From NCBI GenBank assembly GCA_024278695.1, contig JAJRSR010000029.1:1-54324 (forward strand): 54,324 nucleotides of DNA, written 5' to 3'. The stretch is from Planctomycetota bacterium. GTDB lineage: Bacteria > Planctomycetota > Phycisphaerae > UBA1845. Below, piece by piece: positions 45,511-53,761 of this stretch. Positions within the stretch are counted from its first letter, which is position 1, and each line of letters starts with the position of its first letter. Below the pieces are notes generated by a model. That model was not told the DNA's origin. It did not search any database and saw only the letters and a program-made list of their open reading frames with translations. The translations under genes and the position numbers were made by a program.

Positions 45511-46338
45511 ATGACCACACCACTACAAACCATGTTCCTGCTCTTGGCGTTACCCGGTAGCATTCCTGAGCCAGCTAATGCGGCCAATCGCACCGCAGGC
45601 GCGTTATCGATCGGCGTGGGGGTGGCTCTCACGATTAGCAATCCTGGTTTTGAAACGGACTTCGCGGACCCCGGTTGCTTTGCATTGTTCACGCCGACCG
45701 GTTGGGATGCGTTTGACCCGAACGGCATCCTGGGCGGCGGTGACTTTCTCGGCGCGCTCGATCCAACCGGTTCCACCTTTTTTCCCAGCGGCGCTCCCGA
45801 AGGCATTAACGTTGCGCTTGTGTTCCTGGACGGCGATATCGGCGGTGGACCGGTTGGCGTGACGCAGGTTCTTGGTGATACGCTTCAGCCCAACACGGCC
45901 TACACGCTCACGGTTCAAGTGGGGGACATTGCTTCCGGTCAAGGTCCGCCGCCGTGCGACACGGCCGGGTTCTTCAACCTCGCCGGGTTTCCGGGTTATC
46001 AGGTACAATTGCTGGCCGGCGGCGTTGTTCTCGCGCAAGACAACAACACGCTGGCGGCCACGCTAACAGATGGCGCGTTTGATTTGAGCACGGTATCGGT
46101 CACGATCGGCAGCGCCCACCCGCAACTCGGGCAGGCGTTGGAGGTCCGGTTGATCAACCTGAACACGGTCGGAACCTTGGCGGAGCCGGGCATTGAGGTG
46201 GACTTCGATGACGTCATGCTCTTCGCCGAGCCCGTGGCTGATATTCCGGCAACATCGCAATGGGGGTTGCTGGTGATGGTGTTAATCATCATGACGGCCG
46301 GAACCGTGGTGCTACGAAAACCTTACCCCTCTCAGTAA
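45511..46338 (+). CDS. Secreted protein with an IPTL-CTERM-like C-terminal sorting tail
   Basis: The frame is open from 45364. ATG 45511 is preceded by GGGGGAAAG and gives the signal peptide MTTPLQTMFLLLALPGSIPEPANA. The body is Gly/Thr-rich and beta-rich. The C-terminus IPATSQWGLLVMVLIIMTAGTVVLRK (nt 46243-46335) has a motif, a TM helix and a basic end, as in IPTL-CTERM/PEP-CTERM-type signals. Confidence 0.75.
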   Translation: MTTPLQTMFLLLALPGSIPEPANAANRTAGALSIGVGVALTISNPGFETDFADPGCFALFTPTGWDAFDPNGILGGGDFLGALDPTGSTFFPSGAPEGINVALVFLDGDIGGGPVGVTQVLGDTLQPNTAYTLTVQVGDIASGQGPPPCDTAGFFNLAGFPGYQVQLLAGGVVLAQDNNTLAATLTDGAFDLSTVSVTIGSAHPQLGQALEVRLINLNTVGTLAEPGIEVDFDDVMLFAEPVADIPATSQWGLLVMVLIIMTAGTVVLRKPYPSQ

Positions 46339-46370
46339 GTGGCGTATCGCGATCGAGAAGGGTGTCGCGT

Positions 46371-46410
46371 AGGGTAGGTCGTTCTTTCGCCCCAAGGCGA
46401 AAGGTTGACC
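46371..46410 (+). repeat. Degenerate family-2 REP-like unit
   Basis: AGGGTAGGTCGTTCTTTCGCC-CCAA-GGCGAAAGGTTGACC. It has the same TTCGCC-CCAA-GGCGAA hairpin as 53762-53808, but the flanks are eroded. Confidence 0.4.
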
Positions 46411-46479
46411 TGCCTCGATCATAGATGTTGGCACTATCGACGTTCGCCGGTGTGGTGAGGCGGAACGAATTTGCGCGAT

Positions 46480-46519
46480 CCATCCCCCACCCGATGCCTC
46501 CGGCGAAGGATGGGGCACC
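46480..46519 (-). repeat. Degenerate family-2 REP-like unit, inverted relative to 46371-46410
   Basis: The reverse complement reads GGTGCCCCATCCTTCGCCGGAGGCATCGGGTGGGGGATGG. The flanks are conserved and the central hairpin has decayed. Confidence 0.45.
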
Positions 46520-46546
46520 AGCCGCTCGATTTTCTGGCCCGCATCA

Positions 46547-48685
46547 TTACCCACCGTTTTGCTTGCGTGTAGACTTTCTTTTCGGGCGGTAGCCTGTGGT
46601 GCGTTCACCTGTGCCGTGGCGGCTTCTTCGGTTCTTTGGCGTCCGGTTCGTGGAGTGGACGTGGTCGCCGCTCTTGTCGAATCCTTGTGCTGATTTTCGG
46701 GCAGCCTTCTGTGCGGCTTGCTGTCGTGCGTCGATGGCGGCTTTGGGCGCTTGTGAGGGGATCAGGCAATCGCACCCCTCCCCGATCAGATCACCTCGGC
46801 CTCGTTGGATTAGCGCGCGACGCACCACGAAATAGTTCTCCGGTATGAAGAACTGCATCAGCGCGCGTTGCACCTTGCGGTCGCGGAGGAACTTGGCCAC
46901 ATGAACCGGCTTTTTGGTAAACGGGTCGAGGCCGGTGTGGTACATGCACGCGGCGATATCGAACGGCGCTGGAATAAAATCTTGCACCTGCTCAGGCTTG
47001 TAGCCGTTTTGCTTGAGAAAGATCGCGAGTGCGATCATCGCGTCCAGGTCGGTGCCGGGGTGCGCGCTGATGAAGTACGGCACCAGGTACTGCTCTTTGC
47101 CGGCTTTCTCTGATTCCTCGCGAAACCGCTCGGCAAACGACTCGAAGTTTGTTAGCTTCGGGCGTTTCATGATGTCGAGCGTTTTCGCGTCGGTGTTTTC
47201 CGGAGCGACTTTTAGGTGCCCGCCGACGTGATGTGTGGTCAGCTCTTTGATGTACTCCGGGGAGAGTTGGGCGAGGTCCATCCGCACGCCGCTGGCGATG
47301 AGCACCTTCTTCACTCCGGGCAGCTCACGCGATTCCTTCATCACCTGGATCAAAGAACTGTGGTCTGTGCCGAGCAGTGAGCAGACGGTGGGGTGAACGC
47401 ACGACAGCCGCCGGCAGATCGCCTCGATCTCCGGTTTGACACACCGCATCTCGTACATGTTAGCCGTCGGTCCGCCGAGATCGCTCACGGTACCCTTGAA
47501 GCTCTCGTCGTCGCCCATCTTGGCGACTTCACGCACGATAGACGCCTTGCTACGTGATTGGATGATACGCCCCTGGTGCGTCGTGATCGAGCAGTAGGTG
47601 CAGCCGCCGAAGCAGCCGCGCATGATCGTGACGGAGTCTTTCACGACCTGAAACGCCGGGATGGGTTTCGTGTAACTCGGATGCGGCTTGCGCGTGTAGG
47701 GCAAGTCGTAGAAGTAGTCCATCGCGTCTTGTGATTCCGGCAGTGCCGGTGGTTGGCACACGACGGCCTGTCGATCGTGGTATTGCACGAGCGTCCGTGC
47801 GTTGTAGGGGTTGGTTTCGTTGTGGATGATGCGCGTCGCCTCGGCGAAGGCGTGGACGTCTTCTTTGACTTCTTCAAACGTCGGCAGCGTAACGACATCA
47901 TCCCCGGTCGGTGGCGTTTCGCTAGCACCCATCGCGTAGGCCACCCCACGCATCCGGCGGAGGTCTGGCACGGTCGCACCGCCCTGGAGTTGGCGGGCGA
48001 TCTCCACAATCGTTGATTCACCCATCCCGAACGCGACGAGGTCAGGTTTGGCATTGAGCAGAATGGAACGCTTGACGGTGTCGCTCCAGTAGTCGTAGTG
48101 AGCCAGCCGGCGCAGGCTCGCCTCGACGCCGCCGGCGATGATCGGCACGCCGCGGTAGGCCTCGCGTGCTCTTTGGCAATAGGCGAGCGTCGCGCGGTCC
48201 GGTCTCATACCGATCTTCCCACCGGGAGAATAGGCGTCGTCGTTGCGGACCTTCTTGTTGGCCGTGTAATGGTTAATCATCGAGTCCATGTTGCCTGCAG
48301 ACACGGCGAAGAACAGCTTGGGGCGGCCAAACGTCTTCCACGCGTCGCAGTGCTGCCAGTTGGGCTGGGCCAGGATGCCGACGCGAAAGCCGTTTGCTTC
48401 CAAAACACGACCGAGGATGGCCATCGCAAAGCTCGGGTGGTCGATGTAGGCGTCACCGGTGACGAACACGATGTCGAGTTCGTCCCAGCCGCGTTTCTGA
48501 GCCTCGGCCATCGTCATCGGCAGCGGGGCGTGGGCTACCGGTGTCTTGGGCACAGGGTCACTTTGCGCGGAGACGATGTTGAGTGGGATGAACTTTGTGG
48601 ACGCGGGCGCACCCGGCGTTATGTGGGCGGTGCTTCGTACCATGGGTTGGCCTCGATACCGGTTCATCCGCGCGTTTCGACGCAC
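46547..48685 (-). CDS. ygiQ: YgiQ-family (UPF0313) radical SAM protein
   Basis: 712-aa maximal ORF with a GTG start. ATG 48667, 48643 or 48517 are possible alternatives. Conserved N-terminal block: LPMTMAEAQKRGWDELDIVFVTGDAYIDHPSFAMAILGRVLEANGFRVGILAQPNW. The radical SAM CxxxCxxC motif is CFGGCTYC. There is a basic C-terminal tail. Confidence 0.92.
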   Translation of the reverse strand: MRRNARMNRYRGQPMVRSTAHITPGAPASTKFIPLNIVSAQSDPVPKTPVAHAPLPMTMAEAQKRGWDELDIVFVTGDAYIDHPSFAMAILGRVLEANGFRVGILAQPNWQHCDAWKTFGRPKLFFAVSAGNMDSMINHYTANKKVRNDDAYSPGGKIGMRPDRATLAYCQRAREAYRGVPIIAGGVEASLRRLAHYDYWSDTVKRSILLNAKPDLVAFGMGESTIVEIARQLQGGATVPDLRRMRGVAYAMGASETPPTGDDVVTLPTFEEVKEDVHAFAEATRIIHNETNPYNARTLVQYHDRQAVVCQPPALPESQDAMDYFYDLPYTRKPHPSYTKPIPAFQVVKDSVTIMRGCFGGCTYCSITTHQGRIIQSRSKASIVREVAKMGDDESFKGTVSDLGGPTANMYEMRCVKPEIEAICRRLSCVHPTVCSLLGTDHSSLIQVMKESRELPGVKKVLIASGVRMDLAQLSPEYIKELTTHHVGGHLKVAPENTDAKTLDIMKRPKLTNFESFAERFREESEKAGKEQYLVPYFISAHPGTDLDAMIALAIFLKQNGYKPEQVQDFIPAPFDIAACMYHTGLDPFTKKPVHVAKFLRDRKVQRALMQFFIPENYFVVRRALIQRGRGDLIGEGCDCLIPSQAPKAAIDARQQAAQKAARKSAQGFDKSGDHVHSTNRTPKNRRSRHGTGERTTGYRPKRKSTRKQNGG

Positions 48686-48754
48686 TCGCGAAGCGGCTCT
48701 GTGGTGTACCGAACGAGCGGGACGGTGTCCCGGTCAACCTCGGCTATGGCGGGC

Positions 48755-48783
48755 AGTATAACAAATCACACGCTCCGGTTCAA
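48755..48783 (-). promoter_or_regulatory. Candidate near-consensus promoter for ygiQ
   Basis: The minus strand reads TTGAAC (48783-48778), a 17-nt spacer and TATACT (48760-48755). Confidence 0.45.
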
Positions 48784-48809
48784 CGGCTGCCGGAGCTTGT
48801 CAGGTAGCG

Positions 48810-48852
48810 CAAAGAACGAGCCCGCAGATCGCGTGAACGACCGGCGGGCTCG
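48810..48852 (-). terminator. Candidate intrinsic terminator of the small Cys/Lys-rich lipoprotein gene
   Basis: On the minus strand, the 9-bp stem CGAGCCCGC/GCGGGCTCG (48852-48844 and 48825-48817) has an 18-nt loop and is followed by TTCTTTG. It starts 26 nt after the stop codon. The loop is larger than in a textbook terminator. Confidence 0.4.
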
Positions 48853-48877
48853 ATTCGGAGCAATAATTGTGAAGGAA

Positions 48878-49120
48878 CTAGCTCTTCTTGGTCTTGCTAC
48901 AGCAGGGCTTGTTGCCCTTGCTGGTCTTACCGCTCTTGCTGCACTTGGGCTTATCACAGCAGGGCTTGTCGCAGTCCTTTCCGCACTTGCTGGCCGACGC
49001 ATTCGGGCACTTGCCCTTCTTGCCGGTTGACTTGCAGCCAGGCAGCGTGGCCGACATCAGGAAAGCGCACGCCAAAACCAGAGTCACCTTCGCAAACTTG
49101 TTGAACATTCGGTTAGCCAT
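48878..49120 (-). CDS. Small Cys/Lys-rich lipoprotein, function unknown
   Basis: 80-aa ORF from ATG 49120, with GGAGA 8 nt upstream. It has a signal peptide with a lipobox (KVTLVLACAFLMSATLPGC). The mature 51 aa are KSTGKKGKCPNASASKCGKDCDKPCCDKPKCSKSGKTSKGNKPCCSKTKKS. That gives 7 Cys after the lipobox Cys, about one third Lys, and a repeated KPCC(D/S)K motif. Confidence 0.65.
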   Translation of the reverse strand: MANRMFNKFAKVTLVLACAFLMSATLPGCKSTGKKGKCPNASASKCGKDCDKPCCDKPKCSKSGKTSKGNKPCCSKTKKS

Positions 49121-49400
49121 CAAAGAATCTCCGTGAGTGAATCACAAGAGGCCACGCCCGATTTGTGATCGGGTGCCCCCGCTAGAATGCCGTGCGCGTC
49201 TGCACGGTCGTCAGTGACGTCGCGGAAACACCCACGACACAGCCCCCTACCTTACCATGACCGTCCCAGCCGTGGAAGTGCCGTACGGGCACAGTCGGCG
49301 TTGTTACATGTCGGAAACAGTCAGATTCCTGGAGTTTTTCTGTGGGGTCGATTCCATCGGATTCGGGGTGTTGACCGATTCCGCTCCCTGCCCGGCGTTG

Positions 49401-50132
49401 TCAGAGGGCTGAATCGTGGCGTAGCGACTCCAGCGGGCAGCCATCACAGCGCGCCAGGGTTCGGCAATGGTCCTTGCCTAGTTTGACAAGAAGCGCGTGG
49501 AACTCATTGAACAGCCTCGAACTGGGGGCAAGCTCTTGGTGGAACAGCCCGCGGACGGTCCCGTAGTCTGCATCTTCGGTGACAAGAAAGTGCCGACGCA
49601 GGACACGTTTTGTGTAGGCGTCTACTACGAAGGTGGGGCGATTTCCGGCATACAGCAGAATCGCATCGGCCGTTTCAGGGCCGAGACCGTGGATCGCGTT
49701 CAGCCGGCGTCGTGCTCCATCGAGGTCACCACTGAGCATGTCGGAGAGTGACCCGTTGTGGTCGCGAAAAAGCACGTCCACAAACGCGGACAACCGCTTC
49801 GCCTTGACCCGGAATGTCCCGGAAGGTCGGATCAAATCCTCCAGCGTTGGTCGGGGAAGGTCTCGCAGAGCCGAGAACGAGAGGGCGTCTGCCTGTTTCA
49901 ACCGTGCGATCGCCTGCTCGACGTTGCTCCATGAGGTGTTTTGCGTGAGGATCGCACCGATGACGATCTCCGTGTTCGTGTCGCCCGGCCACCAATGCTG
50001 AGGGCCATACGCCGTGAGCAGACGGTCGAAGATATCGCTGAGCGGATTGGCTATTGGTTTGTGGGGCACTGTTGTTTCCGTGGTGCTTGCGTCGATAGTC
50101 CGTGCGGCTTTCCCGGATTTTCGGAAAAGCAC
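49401..50132 (-). CDS. Endonuclease III-related HhH-GPD protein
   Basis: 243-aa ORF with a GTG start. The HhH motif is LNAIHGLGPETADAILLYA. The conserved N-terminus is GPQHWWPGDTNTEIVIGAILTQNTSWSNVEQA. The C-terminal Cys cluster CRTLARCDGC lacks the expected fourth Cys; Arg occupies that position. Confidence 0.8.
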   Translation of the reverse strand: MLFRKSGKAARTIDASTTETTVPHKPIANPLSDIFDRLLTAYGPQHWWPGDTNTEIVIGAILTQNTSWSNVEQAIARLKQADALSFSALRDLPRPTLEDLIRPSGTFRVKAKRLSAFVDVLFRDHNGSLSDMLSGDLDGARRRLNAIHGLGPETADAILLYAGNRPTFVVDAYTKRVLRRHFLVTEDADYGTVRGLFHQELAPSSRLFNEFHALLVKLGKDHCRTLARCDGCPLESLRHDSAL

Positions 50133-50170
50133 TTGTCGTCGACGCGATTCGTCGGCACGATAGGCAGACT

Positions 50171-50875
50171 ATGGCAGACGCACAAGCAACAAAAAAACCC
50201 GGACCCTCGCGGGGGATCCTGGCGCGCCCGCTGGATGCGTTGGTATTCTTGCTGCCGCTGATTCTTTGTTACGAGGTGTCTTCGTTCACGCAGCGTGATC
50301 GGGTGATCGCCTCGGACCTGTTGCAGCGGTTCGTGGAACTGTTTGGTCCCGCCGGGATGTGGGCACCGGGGATTGTCGTCGTGGTGATCCTGTTGGCCAC
50401 GCACATGGCGTCGGGGGAGCGTTGGCGGATTCACTGGCGGCACGTGGGGTTGATGTATATCGAGGTCGTACTGTTGGCCGCGCCGCTGCTGGTGCTCAAC
50501 TGGACGCTGCCTATGATCGGCGGCTCGTTATTCGAGATGGAGACGTTTCATCGGATCGCGATGGGGCTCGGTGCCGGCGTGTATGAGGAGATGGTGTTCC
50601 GGCTGATTCTGATTTCCGTGCTGGTGATGGTCGGAAGTGACCTGTTTCACCTGGATCGTATGCCGGTGGCGGTGGTCGCCGTGTTGGTGTCGGCGCTGCT
50701 TTTTGCGGGGCACCACCACAAGCCATTCGGTGCCGAAGATTTCGCGATCTCGCCTTTCTTGTTTCGATCGTTGGCGGGGGTGTATCTTTCCGTCATTTTT
50801 TGGTATCGCGGTTACGGTTCCGCGGCCGGCTGTCACGCGGCGTACAACGTGGCGATCGTGCTGATGGTGGATTGA
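50171..50875 (+). CDS. CPBP-family intramembrane glutamic endopeptidase (CAAX protease-like)
   Basis: The frame is open from 50102. ATG 50171 gives MADAQATKKPG. Motifs are EEMVFRLIL, LLFAGHHH and HAAYN, across 6-7 TM segments. Confidence 0.82.
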   Translation: MADAQATKKPGPSRGILARPLDALVFLLPLILCYEVSSFTQRDRVIASDLLQRFVELFGPAGMWAPGIVVVVILLATHMASGERWRIHWRHVGLMYIEVVLLAAPLLVLNWTLPMIGGSLFEMETFHRIAMGLGAGVYEEMVFRLILISVLVMVGSDLFHLDRMPVAVVAVLVSALLFAGHHHKPFGAEDFAISPFLFRSLAGVYLSVIFWYRGYGSAAGCHAAYNVAIVLMVD

Positions 50876-50887
50876 TCGAGTGGCACC

Positions 50888-52054
50888 ATGTTGATCGGTG
50901 AAAAGACGGCGCTTGGCGATATTGTCGCGGCTTATTGGCCGGTGCTGGCGGCGTCGTTTCTGGTGTCGCTACTGGCGACGCCTGCGTGCCGGCGTGTGGC
51001 ACTATCGCGAAAGCTTGTGGATCGTCCGGACGATTTTCTCAAACCGCACGAAAAACCCATCCCGTACTTGGGTGGCGTGGCCATTTTCTTGGGGTGGGCG
51101 GTTGGTGTGGGGTTGTCCTTGGTCCTGTTTGATTCGGCCAACGGTCACACGACCGGCGGTCGTGAGCCACACGCGGCACCCACGATTGATCGCACGATGA
51201 TGATCGGGATTCTGATTGCCGGTGCGGCCACGATGTTGCTCGGGCTGTTTGACGATCTGCGTATGGCGTCGCCCAAGGCCAAGCTGATTGGTGTGGCGGT
51301 TGTCACGGCGCTGCTGATGTACGTGGGGCTTGGGGATGACACGATTGTCGTGCTGCTGCGATCGACGGCGACGCAGCCGGAGAGTTTTCCAGGTTGGTTG
51401 ATATTGGTTTACTCCGTGCCGATCACGCTGTTCATCACGCTCGGTGCGTGCAACGCGACGAACCTCATTGACGGCGTCGATGGGTTGTGCAGTGGTGTTT
51501 TGGGCATCATCTCGGCCGGGTTTCTGGCGCTGGCGATTCATCTGCACACCTGGGGTGAGTGGTACGTCTGGGACGCGCAGCGCGTCACGCTCTGCCTCGC
51601 CATGCTCGGGGCGGCGCTGGGTTTCTTGCCCTACAACCGCAACCCCGCCAAGATTTTCATGGGAGACGCCGGTTCCATGCTGCTCGGGCTCAACGCGGCT
51701 ATCCTGCTGTTGCTGTTCGCGAAGTCCGGTGCCATCAAATGGATCATGGGCTCGGTGATGGTGTTTGGGTTGCCCATCGCGGACATGGCGCTGTCGCTCG
51801 TGCGGCGCTGGCGCAACCAAAGACCGCTCATGGAAGGGGACCGCAGTCATTTTTATGACCAACTGCTGGATCGCGGTTGGCCGGTGAAGCGCGTCGTGCG
51901 CGTGAGCTATGCGCTCGCGGCGATGTTCGCGATCGTCGGCTGCTCGCCGGCTTGGCTGCGCACGCGCTACATGATGCCGCTGTTCCTGTTCGTCATGCTG
52001 CTCGTGGCATTGGCCGTGAAGAAGTTCAAAATGGTCCGCCTGGATCGCGACTGA
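50888..52054 (+). CDS. Glycosyltransferase family 4 polyprenyl-phosphate sugar-1-phosphate transferase (WecA/MraY family)
   Basis: 388-aa polytopic ORF with motifs FDDLR, NATNLIDGVDGL and FMGDAGSMLLG. Confidence 0.88.
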   Translation: MLIGEKTALGDIVAAYWPVLAASFLVSLLATPACRRVALSRKLVDRPDDFLKPHEKPIPYLGGVAIFLGWAVGVGLSLVLFDSANGHTTGGREPHAAPTIDRTMMIGILIAGAATMLLGLFDDLRMASPKAKLIGVAVVTALLMYVGLGDDTIVVLLRSTATQPESFPGWLILVYSVPITLFITLGACNATNLIDGVDGLCSGVLGIISAGFLALAIHLHTWGEWYVWDAQRVTLCLAMLGAALGFLPYNRNPAKIFMGDAGSMLLGLNAAILLLLFAKSGAIKWIMGSVMVFGLPIADMALSLVRRWRNQRPLMEGDRSHFYDQLLDRGWPVKRVVRVSYALAAMFAIVGCSPAWLRTRYMMPLFLFVMLLVALAVKKFKMVRLDRD

Positions 52055-52280
52055 CACCGTTTCCCAAAGGATACCCTGCCCAAGCTGACGCCCATCCCAA
52101 TAAGGACGCCTTTCCCAACAAGTACCCCTTTCCCGAAACGAATACCTTTTCCGAAAAATCAGCCGTTCCCGCTTGCTTCCCTCCTTCCAAGGCGGGGAGC
52201 AAGAAGTCGAACAGCTTTCGTGGCAACGACACAAGGGCCACATAGCCGCCTCTCCCGTAGGTAGGGCACTGCCCGCCGTT
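52055..52280 (+). repeat. Low-GC noncoding element, copy 2 (related to 42326-42625)
   Basis: This is the convergent intergenic gap between the GT4 gene and serS. It has five roughly 19-nt spaced (C)CTTTCCC(R)AAA-like motifs (52066-52180), then the hairpin CTTGCTTCCCTCC-TTCCAA-GGCGGGGAGCAAG (52172-52203), then TCGAACA and GGCCACATAG blocks colinear with copy 1. Confidence 0.4.
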
Positions 52281-53612
52281 TTACTGCTTTTCGATTCTCT
52301 CTCGGTGGCCCATGTAGGGGCGGAGTGCTTCGGGGATGGTGATGGTGCCGTCGGCGTTTTGGTTGAGCTCCAGGAGCGGAATCAGCACGCGCGGTGAGGC
52401 GATGACGGTGTTGTTGAGCGTATGGCAGTGTCGTACCTTCTTCGCGCCGTCGCGGTAGCGCAGCTTCAGCCGCCTTGCCTGGAACTCATAAAACCTGGAG
52501 GCCGAGTGCGTCTCACCCCAGCCGTTGCGCGAGGGCATCCACGCCTCGATGTCGAACTTCTGCACCTGCCCCATGCCGAGATCACCCGTGCAGACCTCGA
52601 CCACGCGGTAGGGCAGCCCGATGCGCTGCATCATGTCTTCCGAGTTTTGCAGAATCTCATGATGAAACTTGATGCTCTCGGCCTCATCATTTTTGCAGAC
52701 GATCACCTGCTCGACCTTCTCGAACAAGTGAATGCGGTACAAGCCGTGCGTGTCCTTACCCGCAGCACCGGCCTCTCGGCGAAAGCAGAGGCTGGTCGCG
52801 CAGGTTTTCTTGGGCAGGTCGGCTTAGCTGAGGATTTCGTCGGAGTGGTAAGCCGTCAGCGGCACCTCGGCCGTACCGACCAGCGATTTCTCGTCCCGTT
52901 CGCAGAGGTACGCCTGATCGCGGCCGCCGGGGAAGTAGCCGGTGCCGTACATCACCTCTTCACGCACCAGCACCGGCACCGTCATCGGCACGAAGCCGCG
53001 CTCGACCATCATGTCCTGCGCCAGCCGCAGCACGGCCTGATGCAACAGGGCACCGTCGCCGCGTAGGATGTAGTTGCGCGAGCCGGACAGCTTCACGCCG
53101 CGTTCAATGTCGATAATCCCAAGCGCCTCACCGAGTGCCACGTGGTCCTTCGGCTCGAAGTCAAACTTCCGCACCGTGCCGACTTGGCGCAGCTCCACGT
53201 TTTCGCTGTCGTCCTTGCCGCGCGGGGCCGAGTCCATTGGCGGCTGCGGGATGGTTAGCATAAGCCGCTCGAACTCTTCGAGGACCGGTCCCTCCTCCGC
53301 TTCGAGCTCTTTGAGTTTTGGTTTGATTTCCGATAGCCGCTCCTGAATCTTGCCGGCCTCGGCTTTGATGTCGTCGGCGGTCTTGCCGGACTCGATCGCC
53401 TTGACGTAGCCGGCCGATTTCGGATTACGCAGCAGCCCGACCAGTTGTCCGCTTTCTTTGACCTCGCCGCGCAGGGCTTCGAGCTCAAGCTGCAGGGCCC
53501 GGCGGCGCTGATCCACCTCCAGCAGACGCGGCACGTCGCATTTGATGTGTTTATCGACTGCGCCATGCGTCACAAGAGACGCGTTCTCACGAATAAACTT
53601 GATATCGAGCAT
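52281..53612 (-). pseudogene. serS: Seryl-tRNA synthetase interrupted by one in-frame TAA (nonsense mutation, sequencing error or recoding)
   Basis: Track ORFs 52824..53612 and 52281..52742 are in the same frame. The full reading is ...LVGTAEVPLTAYHSDEILS-TAA(52826-52824)-ADLPKKTCATSLCFRREAGAAGKDTHGLYRIHLFEKVEQV... The N-terminal coiled coil and class II motifs 2 and 3 are all intact. Confidence 0.9.
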
Positions 53613-53725
53613 AACGCGTTAGCGCTCCATCACAGTCGAGTCAGTCGTACAGCCGGGCAGAACCGTGCCCACACAGGCACCCTCACGCGGGTTGTCTCGC
53701 CCGAAGATGTTGCGGCGTCGGGTCG

Positions 53726-53755
53726 GGAAGCCCCGTTCGCCACGGGGGGACCCAT
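53726..53755 (+). repeat. Degenerate family-2-like unit in tandem with 53762-53808
   Basis: GGGAAGCCCC-GTTCGCCA-CGGGGGGACCCATG. It has a CCCCG/CGGGG hairpin with G-rich flanks. Confidence 0.35.
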
Positions 53756-53761
53756 GCCGCC

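Noticed and set aside
46547-49120. Interpretation of the Cys/Lys-rich small ORF plus YgiQ radical SAM gene as a RiPP precursor-maturase operon.
   Set aside because: The peptide has a Sec/lipoprotein signal rather than a leader peptide. A terminator-like hairpin follows it, and ygiQ has its own near-consensus promoter. YgiQ is widespread without such peptides. I kept it only as a low-probability remark in the finding on the small protein.
52055-52261. Open frame continuing in phase after the TGA stop of the GT4 transferase gene, encoding PFP-type repeats (TPFPTSTPFPKRIPFPKNQPFP). Similar in-phase open frames follow the stops at 42323-42325 and 49401-49403. I considered stop-codon read-through or Sec recoding.
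   Set aside because: The nucleotide motifs shared by the 42326 and 52055 elements fall in different frames relative to the upstream genes. The extensions have no conserved-looking sequence, and no SECIS-like context comparable to selD was evident. Long open frames after stops are expected by chance at this GC content.
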